The translations under genes were made by a program, and so were the position numbers. Positions 12,001 to 24,000 of a stretch of DNA of 64,000 nt are shown piece by piece. Under the pieces are notes generated by a model. That model made no database searches. It was not told the DNA's origin and saw only the letters and a program-made list of their open reading frames with translations. The stretch lies in contig JBAROK010000007.1 of assembly GCA_049642065.1 (NCBI GenBank), forward strand, positions 2,134-66,133, in the 5' to 3' direction. This stretch comes from Candidatus Omnitrophota bacterium (lineage in GTDB: Bacteria > Omnitrophota > Gorgyraeia > Tantalellales > Tantalellaceae). Within the stretch, counting starts at the first letter, position 1. Each line of letters opens with the position of its first letter.

Positions 12001-15000
12001 ATATACTTGTGTGAACGACCGGAACAAAGACAAAATTGAATCGCTTGCCAGGTTTATGCGGGAGTATATTGGTTCTTTTAATACGGTAGAGTGGGAGATA
12101 AGCAGGGAGAATATGGTCAGAGGCAATGATGCTATAAGCGAAGATGATTATGTCCAGTTGACCAGTAAGCTGAGAGAAGCGCATCCTGGATTACCGATTG
12201 ATTATGCCGTTTTAACAAGAGAAGAAACAAATCTCCATGTGTATAACGACGGTAAATTAGCTATAAAAGATGAGGGTGCCTTAAAGAATGTGGGAGACCT
12301 TTTCATCCCGGATACGCTTAAAGACAAGAGTAACCAGTCTGTTTTTCGAAGAATAACAGAGAATATCAGTGTGCAGTCTACTTACATACCGCGAAAAGAC
12401 GAAGTAACGGCCCTTCCTTCCACGTATGTGGCCAGTACCCGTGAAGAGTTTACGAAAGCGATAAATAAAATGCAGGCAAAGACACTTTTGCCTCATATAG
12501 AATGGGAAACAGAAGTTGCAGGCGCTATCGGTTATGTAATAGGAATGACAGACAAAGAGATAGAAATATTGGCTCTCGCCATACAGGCGCATCATCTCGG
12601 ACATATTCCCCGGGCAAAGAACAAAAAAGAATTCGAAAAAATGCTTGCCGTTCTTAAAAAAGCATACCCGCCGGACCATGACCTTAAAGGAGGCGAAGTA
12701 TGGCACATTAGAGACGCCATAAATAGATTGTTTGCTGCTGAGGGTGGCGAAGGTAAGACCGAACCGCAAAGATTCGATATATTTCGCGCAGAAATGGCTA
12801 GCCTTCTGGGTAAGAAGGACCTTACTAGTGACCAGAAAGCGATCGCCAGGTCGATGCTAGATTCAAAAGCGTATATGCAGGAAGTGCTGAAAGAGAACAA
12901 GATGAAGCTTCCAGCAGATTTAAGGATATTAACAGAATATTACGGCAGGCACGATAGGTATACTGAAGCTCGCTCCCGGGAAGAAGATCGGTTCAGGATG
13001 GAGCTATCCATAGACCCTGATAGAATGGCCAAACTGATAGCTATTTCCAGGATCGCTTCGACATTCGTTAACAGGATAGACGAATCGGTGCGTAGTCTGA
13101 GGGGAGAAGCGGGCGATTCTATGCCGGAAATAATAAGTTTTATAGTAGATAATCTCAAGAGAGATGGTGAAACAGGCGATAATATTCTTGAAGCTCTTGA
13201 TGGGCTTATTGCCCTTATCAGGGAACAGGATAGTACCATACTTTCAATAGCGAACCGGGCCAGAGGCGGGGATGAGGGACTGATGATTGCCAAATCAGAT
13301 AGGTCGTTCTTGAGGTTCCTTCAGAAAGGTGTTGGAAAGGTCAGAAACAAAAGACAGAATATGCGGATCATAGAATCGTTCAGACGCTATGAAAAAGGTA
13401 TTGTCGCTGAAGATTATTACCGATGGGCTATTGCAGCAGGGATCGTGAGTGGTTTTCTTGGTCTGATAAGCTTGTTTACGGGTTCGATGTGGGTAATAGG
13501 GGTTACCTGCTACAGCTTATGGGCTCTGGGGCGTTATTATTCCATAGGCAGGGATATTGAAAGAGGGACAGGTGCGGTACAACTGGATAAAGAACTCGCC
13601 AAAAAGACTCCTGTGGTCAAAATACGCCCGGATGGCTTACTTGAAAGGGATGAGAAGATATGCAAAAGTCTTCCTCCGTTTACCAACAGGATGCTTAAAA
13701 TACACGAAATTTTCGGGATGAGAATATCGGCGATGATATTCACACTTCCGATAGTAGGACGTATAATCACGAACACGTATGTCGAGATGAAACGGCTCAA
13801 CATGTGGATGGATTTCACGATACGAAAGAACCGGCCGCTTGTCACGTACGATGCTTTTAACCCAAGCCGCGTGAGGGGAAGAAGAGATCAAATGGACTTT
13901 GAAAATGGTTCGTGGAAGTGGAGAAGAGGTGACGGTCTTGCGCTTATAGCTGATATCGGGGATGACCTGAGGAGAAGGATAGAAGAAGTGCAGGAAGCGC
14001 TGAAAAAAGTAGTACCCGATGCCGAAAAACTTTTCTTAATGGAACCGGAAAGGTTGCACATAACCGTGGCAACGCTGACAAAAAACACTACCAGCGTTGA
14101 TACAAATCCAGAAAGAAGGGCAAAAAGGGAGTCCTTGATCAGGGAAACTAAGAGTCGCGTGTCTGCCTTAGGTAGTGGCGGGATAGAAGTCAGTTTTAGT
14201 CTTAATGATCTGACTATTTGGGATAATGGAGATATAGCTATACTGGGTAGGATGGAGAACCGGGGTTTAGACGAGATAAGAACCAGTTTAGACGAGTTTA
14301 ATTTAAGTGTTCATAAAAAAGATATAGTACACGTTACTGTTGGCAGGATATTTGATGAGGATATATCTGTCGATACGTTCAATGAAATAAGGGATGTATT
14401 AGAAAAGTTCCGTAACGGTAAAACCGAGGGTGATAAGAAGAAATTTTTTACGATGACTCCGGAGCTCTTTATCTGGGATCAGGCAGGGAAGACGGACGAC
14501 AAAAAGTACATACACATCCCGCGCACTAAAAAATCGGGCAGAGACAGTAAAAGACTGAGTAAGCTGGGCGAACCGAAAAGGCGCGATCTGAGTGGGGTCG
14601 CATCGAAAGAAACGAATCCTCTCATTGAGCGGCTTATTAAGGAAGGCAAGATAGTAGAGCTTTTTGAACAGAATGGCCAGCTTGACGCTTACAGGGTTAA
14701 ATGGGTTGAAGGATACCAGCCCGGCAGGGTGCAGGAAGAGGTGTTCGGTGAGGAAGTAGACGTGGATGAGATGTTCACAAGGTCGCAACAGGATAACATG
14801 CTCAGGTGGATGCGTCTGCACGGATTACCTGATAGTCGCGGCGGAGTGCATTTTAGAATAGCCCTCGATAACGCGGCTTTAGGCTGGACCGGAGACGAGG
14901 AACATTCCAACATAAGCCATGCAGGTTACCGCGACGGATGCATTTATATAGGTGAGCGTCTGCTCGCTTCCATATTTACCGACCCAGACGATCCATTAAG

Positions 15001-18000
15001 AAAACTTATACTAGATGAAGATGAGTACAATCATCTAAGAGACAGGGATTTTGATTGTCGTGCTGATAAAAGCAGATACGAAGCAAGACTGAAATCTGTT
15101 TTTAGCAGGGTAGAATCTATATTACGAGAACCTCCTAGAAAATATGATCTTTACCTGTGTACTTCGGACGAGAAAGCCGTATCCGTCTATGACGGTGAGG
15201 ACAGGGACAACCCCCAGAGCATTCATTGGGGCAATTTCATGCCAAGAGATCCTATCTATGTTGTGGGCAACATGAAGCCTGTAAAGGTTTCCGCGGGCCT
15301 TTATATAGCGAACGACTTTAACATAAGTTCTTCCAATATAAAGATGAAAGTTTGGATGGGGCCCGCTGATAACGTAAACAGGTGGAGCGAGATCAGGTTG
15401 GAACGTGTTTATACGAATGAGCTTGAGAAGGGTACAGAGTACCTGTTCGCCGGGATGTTACCCTCTTATTTTAAAGGAGACTTTACGTTCAAGTATTCAC
15501 TGGATGGCGGGAAAACCTGGAAATGGGCAAACCGAGGCGAGAATGATAACCGCAGGATAGAAAGAAAAAGGACTGATACGATAATCCATGAACCTATGGG
15601 ATACAGGGTGGACGAGAAGATAGTGACGCCTGATTACAAAAAACACAGAACGATACGCCTATACCAGGGGAACGAGGATCTCAGTGATATCGTAGACGCC
15701 GCCTCCAGCGCTGATGAATTTTTCTGGGGTAAGGGGATACATGATTCAGATAACGGCCATTCGTATTACAGGACTAACTTCGGGGCTTTAGAGTTCCGGT
15801 CCAGCGCAGAAGCAAAGATAATCCACATGGGCGATATTCTTTCTTCAGAGAACGAATACGAAGGGCAATTGCTTATATATTACGACGATATACAGAACGC
15901 TATAGTTATGAGGGTGAACAGCAATCCTGGTGAGGCGTTAGAACACGATGCTGTATCGGATCCACAGGAAAGGAAATGGAACAGGGCTGTTATAACTATA
16001 CCGTTGGACCATGAAGGCCGGGCGAAGCGGGTGGAGCACGAGCAGACGGTTATGGGCATATCGCGAGCGGGATTATCTATCCTGCTCAGGCACGCGGGAA
16101 TCAACAGGAAATTTCCAAAACTGTTCCGGCTGATCCAGCAGGAACTTGTGCTGTATCACGTGGACGATTACATGTTCTTGAAACACATGTATGGCAATGG
16201 CATGACGCCGGTTGAAGCGCTTAACACTGTGATGGATCATCCACAGAGTGTAAGTCCCGAGCAGATAAGTTATATAGAAAATATGGTCAAGTACACCAAA
16301 TCGCGTGTTCTTGGGCATCTGGCCTTACGTTGCCTCGGAAAGCTTGTTGATGAAGGGATGTACGATAGGGACGAATATCTCAAATACGCACGGTACACTT
16401 CTGAAAAAGACGTACTTGAAGGCATGGCTACAGCAGAAAGGGTCATAAGACAGGATGATTCCTTTTTGAAACAAATGGGCATTAACCCTGAAAAGGTTAA
16501 AAGCATATTTATGAGATGGTTCATTAACGGACCGAATAAAACGATCTATCGTGTTACCTGTAATATGTCAAATGGAGAGGAAAGGGTGTTCGCGATAGAG
16601 GTGAAATCTCCTCTGGGCTCAGCTCAGGGATACAGCATGCTGCAGATCGAGAACGCCATGCGCATATGGAAGAAGAAGAGCGATAAAGGATATGACTATG
16701 TGCCTCATGTTTTCGTCGTTAAGCGTGTAGACGATTACAGGCCGAAGATCCTTACAGCTCCGATAAAAGGTTTAAATATAGACAGGGAAGGCGAATTCCA
16801 TATTGAATCGCTTGATATAGAGTCTTCGAGAGTAGTGTATGATGACATTCTGGTTGTAGCGAGAGAATTCGTGGAAGGGTATCAGCTGCCGGATTACCTT
16901 GCTTACGGAACGGTTTCAGCAGAAGAGACGCGCAGGGCCACTGTAGCGGGGCTTAAGGCGTTTCTTAAATTGTGGAAGGACGGGCAGGACCCGGCTACAG
17001 GACGCGGACCTTTCCCGATGAGGCCTGCGCCGAGGGACGTTATTGTATATAAGATAGGTGAGACTTATCACGGTGTTGTCGCGGAGATGGACAGCCTCCG
17101 GGAAGGTTTTGCCATAAGGGAAGTAATAAGGGCCTTACAGTCCTGTGGATATGACAAGAAGGACGTGATATCCGCTGCCAGGGAAGTGCTTGCTGAGAAT
17201 GAGAGAGCGATTATAACGGAAAATTATGGCAAATACAAGAGTGAAAGAGTAACGGAGATGTTCTTTGCCGCGGATAAAGGTTCTGAGCTTCACGCGGTAC
17301 AAACTAAGGGTATGGATGATGAGGACGCTCATCGTATAGCTGTCAAGATAGCAAATACCGCATATGAGTTAGATGAGGATAAGAAGAGAGCATCTTTCAC
17401 GAAGATACGCGGTGCACTCAGATATTTGTCAGAAAAAGTTAACAGGAATACCAACATACCGGATGACCTCAGGAAAAAACTGAGCTGGAAAATAGATATT
17501 TTCTTGCGTCAGAATTTCTGGCAGAACGTCAAATATTATCCGGTACGCGCAGGACGCGCAGACGTGTTTGAGATGCTGGAAGGGTTCGTAACGGATGGCA
17601 CTGTATATCTAGTTGAAGGGTTTATTGATGACCGTGATCTTTCCCGGGAAGAGAATATAGCCGGTGTGATATTGTACCAGATCCTTTCCGAGTTATGCAG
17701 TGAAGAGCGGATGGAACAACTTCCCTCAAAACCGGATTACTGGGATAGCGTGAAGGGGCCTGAAGGCGTACAGAACCTTATACTCGGGGACAGAGAAGAA
17801 TTCGAGAGGAAAATCGCGAAATACGCCCGTAAAGAACACATCAGGATAGCCATGGAAGATAAGGTGCTTGGCAGGAACCTGGTCACTTATCAGGGGCTCA
17901 AGAACCTGCCTGAAGCCAGGAAAAACGCGGAAGAGTTCCTTGAGACTATCTGCAGGATCATGGAAACGGAAAAGCCTGAGATCAAGGGTGACGAAGATCT

Positions 18001-21000
18001 GGCAGAATATCTACGAAAACGTTTCGGTGTGCGCAAATTCGTCATAGGTGGCGGTAAAGGAACGCGTTTTTCTCCTGAAGGTATCATGGTGAAACAGCTG
18101 TTCAAGCCCGATAATTATAACACTAATATCAAACAGTCCAGGATATCCTCAGCCTTTGGTATGCTTGAAGATGTTATAGTCGTTGACGCTATAACAATAT
18201 TCAACCTTTTGCACCAGGATAAGGAACTTTTGGCTGAACATAAAACCACGATGTTCTTTAACGTCAGGGAGAATCTTGTCAACCTGATGGACTCCGGGTA
18301 CATCAATAGAGAGCAGTGTAAGGAATTAGTAGGGAAAATAAAGAACATAATCGACAATGAATTGGTCTATACGCACCGTTCAGACCATCTGCGAGATCTT
18401 GGTTCAGCGATGGAATCTGCGGCAAGAGCAGTTGAGGATGTTCTCGGGAAAAAGAATGAAAGGGCCCAGTTCGTTACCGATAAGATATCATATGCGGTGT
18501 TCAAGGTTATTATGGCTATTGGGGAGGAACTTATCGATGAGAATAAGAAGGACGAACTTTTCGGTAAGAATTGTATTGTAATACTAGATTCTGGAGACGG
18601 CCACGGAAGTGCCTATGTGGAAGCTCTGAGAGCCCTTAATTACAGTGGCAAGCTTGACCAAGCAAGGTATTCCGTTATAGTTCATGCCGATTCACCCGGA
18701 TGGGGTCTCGATGAATATCCAAATTACGTATTCATATCATATCTGAAGACGGTAAATACCGTTTCACCGCAAGTACAGGATATGCCCAAAGTGACAATAG
18801 CGGCTAAGAACCCTAGAGACAAACGTGCGCAAGGACGTGCCCGCATAGATACCATTACGGTTGAAAATGTTGGTGAGGTTCCCGTGGGTGTAAGGGAGTG
18901 GAACGAACTGAGCTACCAAGAGAAAAAAGAATCCAGAGAAAAAGCCAAGGCCCAGGATCCGACATGGTTCACCAACGCGAACATACTAATATGCGACACG
19001 ATGTGGGCCTACGATAAGAAAGATGTTTTAGAGAGCGAATACAGGCATGAATTGGGTCGTATGGGCAAGATGAAACGCCGTCCCGCGGAATACTGGAGCA
19101 GCGATTACCTTAATATTGCTGCCAGGGAATATCTGCAACTTATCAAGAAAGATCCTGAAACTGCACCTTTAACGCGGCTTGTATTTATCGGTCAAGACGC
19201 TCCTAATGCCAACAAGACACTTGGCCGGGCTCTTGAATACAGGGATGCCTTACAGAAAATGATCCTGAGAAAGATAAGAAGAATGGGCGTAGAAGTTGAT
19301 AAAGATACAACGGTGGCTATATCCAGTACTGATGTAGGCCCGAATTTTGATCTCGATAAGATAATAGAGGATATCTTTGGGGATAACCTTGAAGGCCCCG
19401 CTAAATTCGGTAACACGAAGCTGAGGGGCGCTATACATCTTGACGCTACGGTAGTTGTGCAAAAAGGAGCTATCCTGGACGGCAGGAAAAAAGATGTTTC
19501 TCTTACGGGAAATTGTGTAGTCGAGAGAGGTGTAGAGCTGCATGGTGTGGTCAGGGCAGATTATCTTTTTGACAAGAACGAGCTTCTGCCGACCAATAAG
19601 TTCTATATAACAGGCAGACAGTTCCGGGACAGCACTACCGAAGCGACAGTAGTAGATAACGTTGATTTCAGGGAACTTGGCCTCATAGTGGACGATCGTA
19701 CAAGGATATGGATAGCGAAAAAGGATAAAGGCGAGAGCGATCTTAGCGTACTGAAGAAAATATTCGGAAGCGATCACCCTGATAGCGGCAGGGTCACGGA
19801 CCAGATATTTGTGTACGGGGATGTTGTGCTGGACAGCACGGTCAGGGTGGAGAACGGTACGATGCTTGACGGTAGGGTTGATGAAGTGATCCTTGTCGGT
19901 GACACGCACGTGCATAAGGGAGTTAACCTCAAGAGCGTCAAAGCTAATGATACAACTTTTGCCGGCTGGAGTGATCTTGACATTTATCATTACAGGCAGC
20001 CTACTCATGACGGAAATGTAGGTATACGCAACTCGGAATTTGACAACTCTTACATAGAGATCCGCGCGGAGGTCATCAACTCGATGATACGGAATTCATA
20101 CGTAGCCAACGGAGCTATGGTAGAGGAATCCGATGTGGCTGATGAAGTTGTCGTGAACGGAGAAGAAGTACGGGACAGGCGCTTAAACAGGAAGGATGAT
20201 GCGTTATCGGTATCGGTAACCGCAGAAGAAGACGGCAAGGTCAATTACATGCCCGGAGCTTTCCGGCTAGAGGAACTTCCCAATGAAGATATAGAAGATA
20301 TACTCGGTTATCAGATCAAGTCCGCCAGAAAGCTTTATATGAAATTCATCTCGGATCCGATCCTTCTCGAACGCATGGTCCAGGAAACCGAACAGTTCAT
20401 ACGCAGCAGCGTGACACCTCGCTTTACGATACAGCAGATCCGGCAGTATCTCATAGCTAAAATAAGGGATAATTGCGACAAGGAACCGGATGTCAGCAAG
20501 TTCCGTCCGCTTGTGGAAGACCTTAGGGCACACGCTAAGCTATGGATGGCCAATGCGATTGAAATTGACATTAATGATGAAGCAGCATCAAAAGCCTTTT
20601 TCAAGGAACTGAGCATACTGGCTACACGCGCTAATTTCATAGATTTTTCAATAGATCCTAAAATGTTCGATATCGACCAATTGGTGGAGACGGATGAAGC
20701 GCAGAGGAAGAAGTTTACCGATCTTGTCGATGAGTTTGCCGATAGTGATCTGGCGATAGACGGTTACAGCGAGTTTGAAAAGATGGTGTTCAGCCCGGAA
20801 AAGGGCGTTTTCCTTTTCTTTACGGATAATATCGGTGAAACTGAGATCGATGCGGTTATGTGGGAATTCCTCGCGCGTATGGGGCATACCGTAGTTATAG
20901 CCGCAAAAGACGGTTTCTCGTATGCTGATATAGACGTTAAAGGTGTCGAAGAAACGGTGAATGCACATCCTTCGCTTTGTAAGCACAGGGATGAAGGCAG

Positions 21001-24000
21001 GATAAAGGTTATAGCAAGCGGGTCTATGTCAGAAGGAGTGTTTCCCCACAAGTTCAGCGACGAAGTCCAGGATGTGCTGCTTTATGGCACTAAACTTAAG
21101 GGCATAATCGCTAAAGGACAGGCGAACCTGTTCACGCTTTCGGCCCGGAACAAGATCAGCGTGCCGGTAGTGGTAATGTGCCTGTCTAAATCCAGGACGT
21201 CGAAAAAGATAACGGGTATAGATATAAAAGAGAATGAAGACGGCAGTAAACTGTTTCCTCCGATGATAGCGGTAGTGCCTGCGGGAGAGAATATCGCTAA
21301 CTGCATCGGAAGAGGCGTATTCGGAGGAAAATTAACGCGTTTTGGCAAAAAAGATGAGGGTGACTCTAGCACAGGCGATACACACGCTTTTACCGCACGG
21401 GACGGCATGAGATGGGCAAAACGGTTTTTAACTGGAGCAGCTTTATTTACTGTTGTCTCAGCAATAGCGGCTATAGGCTTTGTTCTGCATCTGGACCACT
21501 TACCGTGGGGTTTTGTAATAATCTTTGCCGGGGTAGACGTGGTGCTTGCAATGATCTCTTTGGAGTATTATCTTCTTGGGAAGGAAGCTTATAAGGCAAC
21601 GGTTAAATATATTTTTGAAGGCAGGGATTCAAGGGATATGCTTGAGGAAGATGCCGTTTCACAAAAACAGGCTATGGATACAAAGATTGCGGAACATCAG
21701 GCGAACAACATCATAAAATATCATCCGGCTTTCAGGTATCTTTCAGAACATGCTCAGGAAGCCGTAAAGATACACGAGTCGTTTGCGAGCCACAAGTTGG
21801 GCATGTTAGCCATGGTACCTGTGCTTGGTAGGATACTGTGGTTGAAACTGAGAGATGTGCATGACAGGGATATGCTCATACACTCCGATTATTCTAATAT
21901 AGAACAGGTGTTAAGGACGCAGCTTGAAAGAAACGTGGATACTGAGTTCCTGAAAGAAGCTTACCGAAAAGGAGCGAAGGAAGAGCCGATAGAAGGGTCT
22001 AGGATCCTTAAGGTTACTGACCGTTCGGGAGATCCTGATATTAAACGTCAGCAGGGATTCCTGCGGTATGAGCGTACAGTCAACAAAAGATGTACGTTCT
22101 GTAATATCCCGGACCTCTCAACAGAAGTCCACAGGTCAAAGACAGCAGAATGGGCTTTTTCAGTCGAACCGTCTCCGGTATTCAGTTCGCAGATGATAGC
22201 GATAAATTCAAGGCACATAGACCAGGGTACCATGGGGCCGGAAGTTTATTATGACATGTTCCAGATGCTTAAGAATCTTAAGGGATGGCAGATGAGCTGG
22301 CCCGGCAGGCTTAGCACCAGCCATCCGGATCATTTTCATGTCCATATGTTCGAAAGAGACAAGAACTCTCCGGTCGAAGAATACGATATGCAGCCGATAT
22401 GCAGGGACAGAAAAGGCGAAGGTGTGGTTCATTTGATAAAAGACTATCCCGACAGGGACCATGCTATAGCTGCTTTTGCCATAGCAGGGAGCATCAGGAA
22501 CGCTGCTGTATTCGCTAAAAGATGCGCTGACCTGGAAGCAATAATAAAGAGCGCCGGATATGAGGTAGACAAATTCATCACTAAGGGCGCGAATGGCGCG
22601 ATAAAGGTGCTTTTCTATCCGAGGACCGCTTCTTACATGAAAATAGGGCCCTCAGGCCGCGGGAGGTTAACCGGGCCTATTGAATTGAGCGGCATATGGG
22701 TGACTCAGGATGAGAAAGAAAGAGATGCGTTCAGCCTCCGGGATGTGCATGATATTCTTTCAAAGACCACGCTCAGGCTTTACAGCGACAGTTTCCAGGC
22801 ACTTGAGGATCAGATAAAGAGACATTTTTATGAAGCTGAGGGGATAGGCCTTTTACCGTCCAGTATGGATCTCATGGTAACGAATAAATGCAATTTGAAC
22901 TGCCCCGTTTGCTGGGGATCTTACATGCCTAAGCACAGGATATTTGCTCCGGATAACGCTGATATTGAGTGGGTGGATTTCAAGGAGAAAAAGATAAAGT
23001 ATCGTGGCACCGGACAGGAACGGGTGGAGAAGTTCGAGGATAACCAGAAAACGGCTCATGAGCTGGAAGTGATCAGGAGCAAGCTCAGCATGTACTATTG
23101 CACAGAACCGGAATCACCCGAGATAGAGCATATAAGGTTCTTTAGCCTTGCCGGTGACGGTAAGAAGGTAGAGAAGGTCACCGTCAGGTTCACTGAGGGC
23201 AAGACCGACAGTATGGCGCTCGGCAGCGACGAATATAATGATGCAGTTCTAATGGTTCAGAAAAAGATGATCGATGTCATGCATAAGAATGGTATGCGCC
23301 GCATGGTGTTCACCGGAGGAGAGCCTTTACTCGAAGATAATCTCGCGGAACTTTTAAAGTACGCTAAAGAAAAAAATATAACGACATGGCTTTTTACCAA
23401 CGGCCTTCTGATGGACGAAGAAAAAGCGGACCAGATCATGCCGTATGTGGATATGATATCGCTGTCTCTTGACGGTCATGATGACGCGACGAACTCAAGG
23501 AACAGAAAACCAGGTCATTTTGTTGCGGTGCTAAAAGTCCTTAGGATATTAAGCCGCAAATATCCCGAGAAAGAAGTGCAGATACTTACCGTTGTTACGG
23601 AGAGGAACAAAGCATATATCCGTAAGATAGGGTTCCTGCTCAGGCAGGTTACCAAGGGCCTTAAAAGTTTCCAGTGGAAACTTAATTATTACAAGCGCAT
23701 AGGCCGGTCACAGCACGAGAGAGACATAAAGAACGACGTATTTCTAATGGAGTATGGTAAATTCGTGAGCCTTGCAAAGTCCGTGCAGAAGGAGTTCACG
23801 GATATCAAGGTACGATACAGCCCGCCCGACCACGATAAGGCGTATTTATTTGTATTTCCTGACGGTACATTGTCAACGACGGTAGGCCCGGAATATCTGG
23901 AACTCGGCAACATACTTGATGCGGATACGCTCAGGGAGGAGGATAACCTTAAGATATTCAAGACCATAACCGACAATATCCGCAAACGCGCTATCTATAT

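Noticed and set aside
18357-18581. Small + strand ORFs in alternative frames (for example 1128-1310, 18357-18581, 31075-31293, 46732-47046).
   Set aside because: These are out-of-frame overlaps with the giant genes. They are basic, low-complexity translations typical of frame-shifted coding sequence, with no start context.
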